Source of the DNA: Octopus bimaculoides
Taxonomy: Eukaryota
Reading direction: 5' to 3'
Length of the DNA: 64,000 nt
Assembly (NCBI RefSeq): GCF_001194135.2
Contig: NC_068997.1
Location: 30,346,528-30,410,527, forward strand
Made by a program: the position numbers and the translations under genes. The notes below the pieces were generated by a model. It did not search any database. It was not told the origin of the DNA and worked only from the letters and a program-made list of their open reading frames with translations. Of the stretch, positions 23,550-36,779 are shown piece by piece (the first letter of the stretch is position 1; each line of letters starts with the position of its first letter).

Positions 23550-24290
23550 CACCACCACAGTGGACAGCCTCAGTGATGTCAACAACAGCAACACCAACAT
23601 TGACCACAGTGACATCACCTTCAACACCAGCCTTACCAACAGCTTCTTCGATATACACTATGGCAGACCTGGTAACATACTCACTGGCAGGCTTAGCAAC
23701 CCTGATTATGGCAGCAGTAACAGACCCAGTGCCAATGCCAACTATATTGATAAAAACACCAGCAGCAGCAGTCCTAGCTGAAGCATCAACAAAGGCATGA
23801 CTAATGGCACCTCTGACAACAGTAATCCCCCCCACCACCACCATCGGTGAACGCAATAATAATAATAATAATAATAATCATAATAATAATAATATTAATA
23901 ATAATAATAGTAACAACCGTGGCTTACAGTATTAGCAACTACAGCGCCTCCAAAACCAGCAATGGAAACAGCATTACCAATGCTACCCCCCCCCCCACCA
24001 ACATCAAGAGGCCGAGCTCCAGCAGCAACAAGAGCAACAACAACAACATCACCGACAGCGTCAGTAGCATTAGTATCTATATCAAAAGGTGCATCACCAG
24101 CAACACGTGCCGGGGCATTAACACTACCGATGCAACCACTACCTCCAGCGGCATCAGCCCCAGCACCACTAACAGCCCCAACTCCAGTAGTAACAACAAC
24201 AATGTTGGCAACAGAAACGACATTAGCAGCTACAATTACAACAACAGCAGCAGCAGTAGCAACAGTAACAGTAATTGGTACAATACCGGC
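23550..24290 (+). repeat. Low-complexity (AAC/AGC/AAT/CAC)n region
   Basis: Trinucleotide-rich tract that generates the overlapping Thr/Asn/Ser/Ala ORFs. Confidence 0.85.
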
Positions 24291-24830
24291 ATCGTGCATT
24301 CAAAGAAATACATTGGTTGTATGGGAAATACATTTAAGAAACGATTTTCCAATCAAGGATCTTTCTTCAGGGTCTCAGAAAGGAGATACATAACATTGCT
24401 GGCCAGCCATGTATGGCAACTAAAAGACAATGGAGTTCTAGAATTGATCTCATGGAAAATCCTCAGAAACCCGGGCCCCTACATCAACAGGACAAAATGC
24501 TGCAATCTATGCATAGCTGAATGCACAAGAATTCTAAAAGATTCACTCATGCCAGGGACCATACTTAACTCCAGAATGGAGATTTTCGGGTCAAGCTTGC
24601 ATTTTAGGAAATTTCTGCTAGCTTTTTAGAAACCACAAAGTAGTGAAAATAGTGGCACAGCTGGAAGTAGATAGCCAAAGGGAGAGGGAGATAATCTCCT
24701 ATTGTTTACCCCCATAGCTGAATGATGGTGACACAGCCGGAGGTCAAAGGCCAACAGGTCTTGGGGATCTGATGATACGCCATAAAGTTAAGCCCTTTAT
24801 GGATGGGAAACCCAGGGTAACCCCATAAAC
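24290..24830 (+). mobile_element. Penelope-like element C-terminus (GIY-YIG) and 3' region
   Basis: YIG...TFKKRF, LASHVWQLKD, WKIL, CNLC..E and LNSRME motifs. Confidence 0.85.
24763..24824 (+). ncRNA. Type I hammerhead-like motif downstream of the Penelope ORF
   Basis: gggg-at-CTGATGA (24769-75), stem II ccataaag/ctttatgg, GAAA (24807-10), stem III ACCC-A-GGGT, GUA triplet, then cccc. The base of stem II is imperfect. Confidence 0.55.
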
Positions 24831-24919
24831 TGGCCTTCACCAGTAATAAATATAGACTGCCCAACTTCTTGGAGTGTGCTTCTCTGGACTTATGTTTTTC
24901 TAAAAAATATACATTTATA

Positions 24920-26124
24920 TCTGTATATACGAAAGGCAGGATGTGTGTGTGTGTACGTGAGTGTAATTTATGCACATCCACAAATTAGCATGCATGTCGC
25001 TCCAATTTTAGGAGAACATTCGTCATGACCCTATCTGCATTTTCGTCAACTTTTTCTCTCAGAGGCACCCGCGTATAGCTGTAAAAATCGATTTTCAACC
25101 ATAACTATTACCAATTTTGAAGTTTGCTAACATGGCAAAGTCAAAGTGTGCGTAAGCACGTGAAGGAGAGAGAGAGAGAGAGAGAAATTGTGTGTGTGTG
25201 AGAGGGGAGTGAGGAAGAGCTACAGATTGTTTGCCAGCGTCTAACAAAAAAAAGTGAAGAAAAAGTGGGAGAGGGAGACAGAAAACGTCTAACGAAAGAA
25301 AAGGTAGGTAAGGAAGACAGTAAGTGTAAAATGTAAAATGCTTTTTTTTTCTTAAACATGAGATATAGTTTCAAATAGAGGATGTTTTTGAAAGACACTA
25401 TATTTTATAATGAGATTATATATACTTTCTTACACAACAATTAAAATATAATTATTTCAAATCATTTATTTATTTTAAATCATTCATCTTTTTCCCCCTC
25501 TCACTCTCACACACATGCACATATACTACTTTGGGAGCGAAAGAGTTTTGTTTATATTTCACGCCAAAGAAAAAGGTTTATTGACAATCCATTTATTTAA
25601 CAACAATGAAACAAAGAGGTATGTAACAATTTGTCAGTGAATTGCACAATATAAATGGATAAAATTTCCGAGGCTTCCACCACACCCCAACCCGTTTTTG
25701 GACCACAAAAAGGGTTTGGTAATTTTTCAGATTAACACTAGCATGATTTCCACTAGGGTGTTAGGGTTAGGGTTAGAGTTAACCTAGAAGGGACAGGCCC
25801 TTTATTTTTTGGTTAAGGCTGTTGGTAAATTTTCCTAAGTTACTCCAATCCAGATCCCCAATGCAAACCTTCAGATCAACCTTCTCCTATGCAGATCTCT
25901 AATGCAACTTAAAAAAAAAACAGTCAATGAGTGGAAATAACCAATAAACTGATTCCTTATGGAATTTCCCAATCAAATTGCCAGCAAACCATTTTCAGCC
26001 AAACCAATTTCAATGGATTTCGCTCAAATCTGATGTTGATGTTACTTATTTTGGTTTGAAATAAAGCACTTGATCACTTAATAATCCTAGCTTGATACCG
26101 GGCAGCGCCGGTCAATACTACTAG
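24920..26124 (+). mobile_element. Non-autonomous Helitron
   Basis: A|TC start (TCTGTATATACGAAAGGCA + (GT)n), subterminal hairpin ACCGG...CCGGT, CTAG|T end, and no TSD. Confidence 0.75.
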
Positions 26125-26149
26125 TGTATATATATATGGGATCAGGTTC

Positions 26150-27130
26150 AAACTCTGAAGTCATATCTTGATTTCAGCAACATGTTCAACCACAATATCC
26201 TACTGCCAAAATTGTCAAATATTGGAATCCATGGAAAGCTACTACACTGGATTGAATATTTCCAGGATAACAGAACAGAGCATAGTGTGATCAGTAGAAT
26301 CCACTCATGCCCAGCAAAAGTCACTAGTGGTGTCCCTCAGGGAACTGTCTTGGCCTTTACTTTATAGTCTGTATTGACAACATTTCAAGCATCAGCAAAC
26401 ACAGCAAAGTGAAAATATTTACCGAAGACTCCAAGCTCCCAAAAATTGTCAATGGAGAAGAAGACCGAATTGAACTCCACTCTGATCTACATGCTGTAAG
26501 TCAATGAGCAGACAAAAACAGAGTGCTACTAAACGAAGGGATCTCAGGTGGAGTGCTCACACAAACAATAAAGTTGATATAGCTTGTAAAATGAGCTCCT
26601 GGATCCTAAGATTTCTCTTTTCTCCTTTGTACAGCCACACTTAGTATACTGCTGCCCCCTTTGATTTCATCACACAAAACAAAACATTTTGAGAATTGGA
26701 TCACTCCAGAGAGTATTCATTAAAAGAATTAAGGGCACAAGGGATCTCAATTATTGGGACTGCCTTAAAGCATTGAATCTTTTTTTGCTCCAGTGGTGCT
26801 GTGAGCAACACTTTATTTGCACAATGTAGATACTACACCACTAAAAAATGACCTTAACATTAATATCAGAATTCATCCAAGGTTAGGACCACATGCCATA
26901 TGCCCTTACTTAAATCAGGATTACAACACAAATACTCTGCATCACAATTTCTTTCCCTCAACAGGTCCTGCCCTGTTTAACATTGTCCCAAAACAAATCA
27001 AAGAGGGAAAAGATACCATCATGTTTAAATGGAATCTAGACAAATTTCTTCAAGCAATACCAGATAAGCCACCTACACATGGATACAACTCACTCAACTA
27101 GAACTCCTTACTGGAATGGGTCTTGATACC
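26150..27130 (+). mobile_element. CR1/Jockey-group LINE, 5'-truncated decayed RT
   Basis: DFS..F..NHNILL.KL...GI.GKLL.WI and VTSGVPQGTVL motifs, plus a C-terminal FKWNLDKFLQAIPDKP. Confidence 0.85.
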
Positions 27131-27369
27131 ACAAAACTTAAATTAAAAATATCCTGTCATGTGGTGCTTTTAAGTTAGACATGGCCTGAGCCGATATTTG
27201 GTCAAAACATATATAAATTATGTGAGTTATGCATGTATATACATATACATATATCCATACACACACCCATACAGATACACACACACATACACAGATACAC
27301 ATACACATACATATACAAAGACACACGCACACATATGGGTGTGTGTCTGTGCATAGTTGTATGTAGGTC

Positions 27370-27668
27370 GTTGTTGTTTGTTCCTTCTTGAGCTATGCCT
27401 GGCTCCTAAGGGCCAGTTTCCCAGTTCATAGGTGTATAGGTTCCCCACCTGGATGGGACGCTGGTCCATTACAGGTGAGCTGCTAGATGCAGGAGGAAAG
27501 AGTGAGAAAAAGTTGTGATGACAGAATCAGCGGATGTTTGCCATTATCTTTTGCCGGAGTCATGTGGAGCTTAGGTGTTTCACTCATAAACACACACACC
27601 GTCTGGTCTGAGACTCAAACTTATGATCCCTCGACTGCGAGTTCACTGCTCTAACCATTAGGCTATGT
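27370..27668 (-). mobile_element. tRNA-derived SINE with V-domain-like core
   Basis: Minus-strand head TAGCCTAATGGTTAGAGCAGTGAACTCGC, core CCTGTAATGGACCAGCGTCCCATCCAGG, and an (AAC)n tail. Confidence 0.6.
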
Positions 27669-28379
27669 AATGGCAACTTCAGCCAATAAGAGCTGGCCGT
27701 GTATTAGTACAAACAATATCACCCACCCAGTGGTATTCGTGCCTTTTTCAAGAGTCAGCTGCCAGTCAATGAAAGGACACAAGACAACTGACATCCCTTC
27801 TTCATTATGAGGAGTTCTTTGTTTCTCACACCAATTTAGCACTGCAAGTTACTGGATTATTTTAAGCCCACCACATCATAGACATTCTATTGTGTTTATG
27901 TAAAATTCGCAGTGCAAACACCTTTACTGTCTGTCCATTTCAACACAACGCTACCTATATCACAAGGAATTCCTTCTTGTCCCACCTAGCTCATAATTAC
28001 TTTTAACTGCTCACTCATCACAGTTCACTACTAAATCATTCGTTCAAACATAAGTTATACAGCTTCCTTTACTCACACATACACTTACAAGCCACATAAC
28101 TTGTTTCTTATCAGCAATTATTCCTCATCAAATAAATCACAAACTTTGTTCTTAAATTGCCTTCTGATGTTATTTCTCATGCTTCACAAAAGCGCATGTA
28201 TTGGGCCTCTTATTTTGCATCCTTTCCTCACATTGGTGACTTTACACATTGTTTACATACTACCTTCTTCACTACACTAAAAATTGATGACTCTCTCCAT
28301 GCGTTACTTTGGTGACTACCACCATTCATAAGAAATCTTTTTGTTGCCTACAAAGGTAGTAGTTCTCTAAACTATTCTT

Positions 28380-28960
28380 ATTCTTATCCCTATTCTTATT
28401 CTAGAAACAATACTTTTAAAGCATCCTCCACCATTACTGATTTGGTCACCTAAGTAGCAGAAACTATCTACTACCCCAAGAGAGCCTCCTGGGCATTTCA
28501 GAGAGACCAAGTTCCATGTGCTCTTAGTGTTTATTGTTCCTACATGTCAGCCACACACAAAACGGACTTTATCTGTTAACCTACCAGTGATTCTCCTGCA
28601 TCACTTATGTGTCCATAGCTTACGTTAGGTGCAGCGAATGGAATTACTTCCCACTTCTTGCCTACACATTGAGCAGGGCCATACACCTGATGGAAAGAGA
28701 GTCTTAACTGCTTTCTTGCTAACAACAACTTTAGTCTTTGTTAGGTTAACTTTCAGGCTCGTCGATTCCAGGTTTTGCTTTCATATCTGGAATTTCTTCT
28801 CCAATTCTGCTACAGATTCTGCAATAAGAGCGAGGTTGGCAGTGTATAGTAGTTCCCATAGACAGTTTTGAATTCCTCTGTTATAGCCTGGAGAACTGCT
28901 GTGAAAAACAGTGGACTAAGAACTGAGCCCTGGTGAATCCGTATCTGTATGTTAAATTCT
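28380..28960 (-). mobile_element. RTE LINE fragment (decayed)
   Basis: Homologous to 30490-30900 (CTAAACATTATTCTT..., TTAGGTTAACTTTCAGGCTCGTCGATTC). Confidence 0.7.
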
Positions 28961-29014
28961 ATGGTCTTAATGTTATCTGTATGCTAAAAGCCACTACACT
29001 ATAAGCCAATGGGC

Positions 29015-29295
29015 ATATAGCATAGTGCTTAAGAGAGCAGGCTACTAACTCCAAGATTTCGGGTTCAATTCCAGGCAGTGACTTGAATTTATAATAATAA
29101 CATCAACAAAAAATACCTTAGGAATGAGAACAATGTACCCCATTAGTCAAATAAAGGCTTGCGTTCAAAATTTCACCAGGACACCTGATAAAGGCTGGAG
29201 AGTACATCAGCTGAAACATTGTGGTAACAACAAACAAGGTGAGGACACCAACCCGTCCAATGTAAATAATGTACATAATTCCTCATCTATAAAAT
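29015..29295 (+). mobile_element. tRNA-headed SINE-like element with hammerhead-like motif (copy 2; motif at 29180-29225)
   Basis: A-box-like TAGTGCTTAAGA, B-box GGGTTCAATTCC, short (AAT)n, then gacac-CTGATAA-a-ggctg...cagct-GAAA-cat-t-gtgg. Confidence 0.75.
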
Positions 29296-29323
29296 ATAAA
29301 ACTATATATATATATATATATAT

Positions 29324-32010
29324 ATCATCATCATCATCATCGTTTAACGTCTGCTTTCCATGCTAGCATGGGTTGGACAATTTGACTGAGGACTAGTGAA
29401 CCAGATGGCTACACCAAGCTCCAATCTGATTTGGCAGGGTTTCTACAGCTGGATGCCCTTCCTAACGCCAACCACTCCGACAATGTAGTGGGTGCTTTAC
29501 GTGCCACAGGCACGAAGGCCAGTCAGGAGGTACTGGCCACGGCCACACTCCAAATGGTGTATTTTATGTACCACCTGCACAGGAGCCAGTCCAGCGGTAC
29601 TGGCAACGAACTCGTTCGAATGTCTTTGCACGTGCCACTGGCACAAGTGCCAGGAAGGCGATGTTGGTAATGGTCACGCTCAAATGGTGCTATTTATGTG
29701 CCACCGGCACGAAAGCCAGACAGCTAGTTCTCATGGCGACGATCACGCTCGAACGGTGCTCTTAGAGATTTACTGGTACTGGTGCCATTATGATTTCGCT
29801 TTCGCTTGCCCCAATAGCTCTTTGCAAGCCGAGTTTAGTGTTCAATAAAAGAGACTTTGGCATGGGTGCCAGTCTATAAATTTAGTTCGATTTCGATTTC
29901 ACTTGCCTCAACAGGTCTTCGCAAGCGGAGTTTAGTGTCCAATGAAGGAATGTTACACGTAAGTGGGCTGGCTACATACCTGGCAGAGACCTTGGATTTT
30001 GGTCTCACTTGGCTTGCCGGGTCTTCTCACACACAGCATATTTCCAAAGGTCTTGGTCACTACTCATTGCCTCGGTGACGCCTAATGTTCGCAGATTGTG
30101 CTTCACCACCTCATCCCGGGCCTTCCTGGGTCTACCTCTTTCACAGGTTCCCTCAACCACTAGGATGTGACACTTTTTCACACAGCTATCCTCATCCATT
30201 CTGGCCACATGACCATATCATTGCAATCGTCTCTCTTGCACTCCACAACTCATGCTTCTTAGGGCCAACTTTTCTCTCAAGATACTTATACTCTGTCGGG
30301 TATTCACACTGACATTACTCATCCATCGGAGCATACTGGCTTCATTCCTTGCAAGCTTACGCATGTCCTCAGCAGTCACAGCCCATGTTTCACTGCCATG
30401 TAGCATGGCTGTTCGTACAGATGCGTCATACAGTCTGCCTTTTACTCTGAGTGAGAGACCCTTTGTCGCTGCAGAGGTAAGAGCTCTCTGAACTTTTCCC
30501 AGGCTATTCTTATTCTAGCAGCTACACTTTCAGTGCACCCTCCCCCTCTACTAACTTGGTTACCCAGATATCGGAAGCTATCAACTACGTCCAGTTTGTC
30601 TCCCTGGAATGTGACAGAAGTTGTTTTCTACACATTTTCAGTGTTTATTGGACCTGAACATATGCCACATACAATAACTAACTTCCTAGTTAACCTGCCT
30701 TTGATATTGCTGCACCTCTTATGTGTCCATAGCTTGCACTGGATACATCTTATAGAATTTCTACCTACACCTTTCCTACAGATCGAGCAAGGTCATCTAC
30801 CTGAAGCGGTTTGTGTTTTGTCTACCTTCCTACTTATTAGGACTTTGGTTTTAGCTAGGTTGACTCTAATGCCCTTCGATTCTAGTCCCTGCTTCTACAC
30901 CTAAAACTTCTCCTCTAGTTCTGATAGTGACTCAGCAATTAGTGCAAGGTCATCGGCTTGGAGGAGTTCCCAGGGGCATCCTGTCTTGAATGCCTCTGTT
31001 ATCGCCTGGAGGACTATGATAAATAGGAGGGGACTGAGGACAGAACCTTGGTGGACCCCTACCTCTACCCAGAATTCTTCACTGTACTCATTGCCAACCC
31101 TCACCTTACTGACAGCGTCTCTGTACATGGCTCGCATAGCTCTCACTAACCATCTTTCTATCCCTAGTTTCTTCATTGACCACCAGATAAGAGATCGGGG
31201 GACCCTGTCAAAGGCTTTCTCCATGTCAACGAAAGCCAGGTACAGAGGTTTATCCTTGGCTAGGTATTTCTCCTGCAGCTGTTTTACCAGAAATATAGTA
31301 TCAGTGGTGCTTTTCCCTGGCTCGAACCCAAACTGCATCTCATCTAAACTGAATCGCTCCCTAATTAGTTGGTCTATGACCCTCTCCGTGACTTTCATTA
31401 CCTAATTTAACAACTTGATACCTCTGTAATTATTTGTATCTAAAGCGTCACCTTTACCTTTGTAACAGTTGACTATGGTGCTGCTACACCAGTCATTGGG
31501 TATGACTCCTTCATGTATCACCTGGTTAACAATACGGGTGACTAGGCTATAGCTGACACTGCCAGATATTTTGAGCATCTCTGCAGTGATTCCTGATGGG
31601 CCGGGGGCCTTCCCTGTCTTCATACACTTAATTGCTTTATCTACCATGGTACTGTCAATTCGGATAGCTGGTCCCTCTGTTGGGTCGACATTTGGCAGAC
31701 TCTCTTTCTCCCATTCATTCTCTTTATTGAGCAGTCTTTCATAGTGGCGTCGCCAAACCTCTTTAATTGCAGCCTCGTTCAGTGCAAGTGTACCATCATC
31801 CATGCAGACACATTTCTCTCCTACAACATCATGATTCTCTCTCACACACTGTCTTGCAACACGAAATACTTCAAGTCTTTGGTCCTCACAGTGCAGAACA
31901 TTGGCAACCTTTTTCTTATCTGCTTCCCCTCTGGCTAAGTAAACCTGTCTCCTAGCTTCCCTTCTAGAAGTCTCATACAATTCCTGCTACCTCTGTTCTT
32001 CCAGTCCTTC
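29324..32010 (-). mobile_element. RTE-clade LINE, 5'-truncated (RT and 3'UTR with (CAT)n tail)
   Basis: NYRGIKLL, FVDMEKAFDRVPR, GVHQGSVLSPLLF and ADDLALIA motifs; the tail begins at 29324. Confidence 0.93.
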
Positions 32011-32042
32011 CAAGCGTGTTTCTTTTGTCTATATATATATAT

Positions 32043-32434
32043 ACTCTTTTACTTGTTTCAGTCATTTGACTGCGGCCATGCTAGAGCACTGCCTTTAGTC
32101 AAGCAAATCAACCCCAGGACTTATTCCTTGGAAGCCTAGTACTTATTCTATCGATCTCTTTTGCTGAACCGCTAAGTTACGGGGACGTGAAGACGCCAGC
32201 ATTGGTTGTCATGTGATGTTGGGGAGACAAACACAGACACACAAACATACACATAGATATATACATATATACGATGGGCTTCTTTCAGTTTCCATCTACC
32301 AAATCCACTCACAAGGCTTTGGTCGGCCCGAGGCTATAGCAGAAGACACTTGCCCAAGGTGCCACGCAGTGGGACTGAACCCGGCACCATGTGGTTGGTA
32401 AGCAAGCTACTTACCACACAGTCACTCCCACGCC
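32043..32434 (-). mobile_element. Intact tRNA-derived SINE (empty-site control; single AAGTAGCTTGCTTACC at 32412-32397)
   Basis: Reverse complement GGCGTGGGAGTGACTGTGTGGT-AAGTAGCTTGCTTACC-AACCACATGGTGCCGGGTTCAGTCCC..., with the full body and tail. Confidence 0.92.
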
Positions 32435-33229
32435 ATATATNNNNNNNNNNNNNNNNNNNNNNNNNNNNNNNNNNNNNNNNNNNNNNNNNNNNNNNNNNNN
32501 NNNNNNNNNNNNNNNNNNNNNNNNNNNNNNNNNNNNNNNNNNNNNNNNNNNNNNNNNNNNNNNNNNNNNNNNNNNNNNNNNNNNNNNNNNNNNNNNNNNN
32601 NNNNNNNNNNNNNNNNNNNNNNNNNNNNNNNNNNNNNNNNNNNNNNNNNNNNNNNNNNNNNNNNNNNNNNNNNNNNNNNNNNNNNNNNNNNNNNNNNNNN
32701 NNNNNNNNNNNNNNNNNNNNNNNNNNNNNNNNNNNNNNNNNNNNNNNNNNNNNNNNNNNNNNNNNNNNNNNNNNNNNNNNNNNNNNNNNNNNNNNNNNNN
32801 NNNNNNNNNNNNNNNNNNNNNNNNNNNNNNNNNNNNNNNNNNNNNNNNNNNNNNNNNNNNNNNNNNNNNNNNNNNNNNNNNNNNNNNNNNNNNNNNNNNN
32901 NNNNNNNNNNNNNNNNNNNNNNNNNNNNNNNNNNNNNNNNNNNNNNNNNNNNNNNNNNNNNNNNNNNNNNNNNNNNNNNNNNNNNNNNNNNNNNNNNNNN
33001 NNNNNNNNNNNNNNNNNNNNNNNNNNNNNNNNNNNNNNNNNNNNNNNNNNNNNNNNNNNNNNNNNNNNNNNNNNNNNNNNNNNNNNNNNNNNNNNNNNNN
33101 NNNNATGCCTATTTATTTATTATATTACATGTGTATGTTAATGCAGCAGAAACAATTGTTGGATTTTAAGGTGTAATTTAAAACAAAGATATGATTTCTT
33201 CAAACATATTATTTGTTGTTATATATATA

Positions 33230-33980
33230 TATATATATATATATAACAGAAACTCTGTGTGTATGTATGTGTGTGTGTGTGCAAGTTCGAAGATTTATAA
33301 CTTGAGTTCCACCAGACCGATTTGATTGAAATTTCAGACATGCATTTGGTATGTTCCGAGGCATATTTTAGTCATAACAACTGCTTTGATCAATGTTTGG
33401 TTTTCACAAAAACTTGATCGATATTTATTGATTTTTTTAAAAAGCTGTCCGATTTTAATTGAACTTGACATACCAATGTATTCTTACCCAAGGTTTTTTG
33501 TTTCATTATTATGTTTTTCAAATTCCATTTCGTTTGAGCCCAGCATGGGAAAATCCGACACAAAAATGCCTTTAAGACAGGCCATAGCGCCAGAATCATT
33601 GAGCCGATTTAAACCAAACTTGGTAAACGAATGCATTTTCACCCAACGAGTGTTATACCATGGTTCATTTCATTAAATTGCACTTTGTTTGAGCACAATT
33701 TGACAAAGTCATATTTGAACAAAATGCTTTAGTTGAGGTAGCTCCTAATTTATTTTTCTTAGAACACTGAGCCCATTCCTTTTCCATTACATAAACAATT
33801 AATCTCCACCACGGTGTGCACACACATTGTAACCCCACGTGACCTCAAAATAGCCACTGCCAATAACAGTAATCATCCGGCATTGAGGCTTTCCATTGCA
33901 ATAAATGAAAGCGATTTCTATGTGTAGCATGAGATAGTTAAAGCAATAACAGCCTCTGCACTGCACAAGCTACTGGTAAG
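33230..33980 (+). mobile_element. Probable non-autonomous Helitron-like element
   Basis: (TA)n/(GT)n start followed by three CCGATTT..AA.TT motifs typical of Helitron-derived elements; the 3' end is uncertain. Confidence 0.4.
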
Positions 33981-34899
33981 TACTTACTACTTCCGTCATC
34001 GATTTCTCTAGCAATAGTAACCAGCGTTGCACAGGTCTTAATAAATTACCATGAAACAGCGAAAACATGAGGCCTTACACTTGAGAAAAGACGGTTTGAG
34101 GCACAACATTGTCAAAGCAATAACCTTGGACACCTCTTTCACAACTCTAGCATCACCCCTTCATAGTCAGCGAATGAACTTTTCAGCCTAGCCTCGTCTT
34201 AGACATCTTCTACTTGATATACCACCTCATCCTTTTATCATCTTCCTGTGCCACGAAATTTAATGGCAGAAAATATATCTGTCCACCTCAATTACCCCAA
34301 GTACCACCTTTATCTTGCTACCTCTGATACTAATCATGGTGTCTAAGTAACAAGGGGTAGAATAAGGCTTGTTGGTATCTTGTGTACCCTCCATTTACCC
34401 TCTTGTACTGATACTCATCGCTCCCTCTTCCTCAGGTTATTCTTTTATTGAGCTCCATCAACCTCTTATCATCTTAACCACTCATCATTCACACACTCAT
34501 TTGCTCATTCATTACTGGCATCCATCACACTCTTTTACCATTGATTATTCCTTTGAATATTCATCATTTGACTAGTGAACATGTACTTGTCCACAGAAAA
34601 AGGACTAAATTCAGCTGTTAGTGGGACATCTGTTACGTATATCCCATCGATCACATCTAGCTACCTCCATTTTCCTTCTTGCCTAAGTTTGCACTGTTGC
34701 TATTGTTTCATCCATGTGCATTTTTTTTTGTTGAAGCATTTATTGTATTAACATCTGATATAAATGTTTTCTAGCAGTATGATGTCCATTAGCACTGTTC
34801 ACTCTGTTGGTGTGGTGACACATTCTACTCCTTATAATAATATCCATTTGCTTTTTTCTCATTGGATTAAGTCTGAATAGGTTTTCTCTTTTGTCTTTA

Positions 34900-36450
34900 T
34901 CATTAGCAACTACAGAATCTCCTACTTCTTCTCTTTGATCATACACCCCTTAATCAAAATGTCCCTGGATGTGTGTGACAGCCTAGACAACCTCCTCAGC
35001 AGTGACCTGACAGGACCTGACAGGATGCATAATATCAGTATGGATGTAGTGTCCCTATACCCATCTATTGATGCTGATTTTGTAATGGAGAAATGCGTGG
35101 AGATGATCAGTGAGAGCGGTTTGGAGTTTTGTGGTGTTGGCACAGAGGAACTGGGCTTCCTCCTTAGACAAACACGTCCTTAGCTGTTTCTAACCCAGTA
35201 GACAAATAAGATGGAAAACCCCTACTATAAGCTTAATAGCCAAGAAGAACCCTTCAGAAAGATGGAACACATATTTGATAGGTGCAATTACCGATGTTAC
35301 ACGAAAGGGTCACATGTTCAAGCCTAAGAACAAGATATATGCCTAAGAAGAGGGTGCAGCCATTGGTGTCACTATCGCTGGTAATGTAGTTAACCTCTTT
35401 ATGGTATGGTGGGACAGGATATTTAAAGAACGTTTAGTAGAGAGCTCCATAACCCTAACCATGTACTCCTGCTTTGTGGATGATATCAACATAGTGGCAG
35501 AAGCACCTCTACAAGACAGTGTTTATGAACTGGAGGCTAGCACCATGGAGAACATCCAAGAAATAGCTAACTCCATCCATCAGAGTGTTAAAGTAACAGT
35601 AGATTACCCTAGCAAGCACCCCAACTACAGCCTACTGATTTTAGATATAAAATTCTTGCTGGAAACTAGGAATAACAAGGACTAGATTCTTCATTCCCAC
35701 TATGACAAACCCATGACCTCCAAACACCTTGTCCACCAGAAAGCAGCAATTGTGGATAGCAAGTTCAATATCCCAATAGCAGACTTGATAAGTGTGATGA
35801 GAAACATGTCTCATTTGTGCAACCCAACAGAACTATAGTGGTACATACAACACTTCATTCACTGCATGCATTTCTCTGGGTATGGCCAAAAGGAGACAGG
35901 ATCAGGATGTATGAAGGAGTCAGGGCAAAATACAAGTCCATCATGGAGAAGAACCCAAATGGGATCTGCCTGCAATACAGCAGTAGATTCTGGAATAGCA
36001 TAGAAAGAACCAAGAAGATAGATAAGACCAACTCATGGTACGACAATCCCGAACACCAAAGTGTCATGTTTGTTGATGCTACCCCTGGAGGTGAAATAGC
36101 ATATCTTTTGAGGAAAAACATGCATAAGATGAATATATGAATTAAAGTAGTAGAAAGGCCAGGGACTCCATAAAATTCTTGATCAGTCAAATATAGCCAT
36201 TTGAAAGAACCCCTTGTACGGATAATAGCTGTATAGTGTGTCGGATAAGACCACAGGTAAATGCTAAAACCAGTAATGGAGTTTATAGTATCAGGTTTAT
36301 TGAAGGACATGCAGAAACAGGACAATAACAAACATTGGGGAGACTGCACGGTACATAGATGAGTGAATAAGTGAATACTGGCAGGAGCTCAAGGAGGGCG
36401 TATATACAAACAGTATAATACTTAAACTCATATACAGGCACAACACACTC
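34900..36450 (+). mobile_element. Penelope-like element, decayed RT
   Basis: SMDVVSLYPSI, GAAIG.TIAG...NLFM, FVDDINI and LDI motifs of PLE reverse transcriptase; multiple stops. Confidence 0.85.
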
Positions 36451-36530
36451 ATACACATATTAAAGGCAAAATGAGAGAGAGCAGAAAATAAATAAATGAA
36501 TAAGTAAGTAAATAGATAAGACATGCGTGC

Positions 36531-36561
<31 letters not shown>

Positions 36562-36779
36562 GGTACAGACATAAATGCATGTGTGGTTGAGGGACACAAC
36601 AGAAAGACAAAATGGAATAAAGAGAAAGAGATGAAATATGTGGGATATAGTCACAGATGGGGTCACAAGATGTATGACGAAAACCCTTGAACGAAGGCAC
36701 TAAAATAATAACGGTGAAGTGAAGACCAAGTATACAGTGCATGTGTTTATGACAATCCCCAAATATAACAATATATATC

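Noticed and set aside
23847-24629. 260-aa ORF as a novel low-complexity/GIY-YIG fusion gene
   Set aside because: The N-terminal part is stop-free only because of trinucleotide repeats, and the C-terminus is a Penelope remnant.
29015-29090. tRNA gene
   Set aside because: It has only degenerate A/B boxes with no acceptor stem, and it is the head of a repeated SINE-like element; the same applies to the other SINE heads.
32350-33176. Long ORFs spanning N runs (also 17.8-18.3, 58.0-58.7, 59.7-60.2 and 61.5-62.4 kb)
   Set aside because: They are open only because N codons translate as X.
36645-36690. Possible hammerhead after the Penelope RT (CAGATGG-gtca...tgac-GAAA)
   Set aside because: The core is too degenerate and there is no convincing stem I or stem III.
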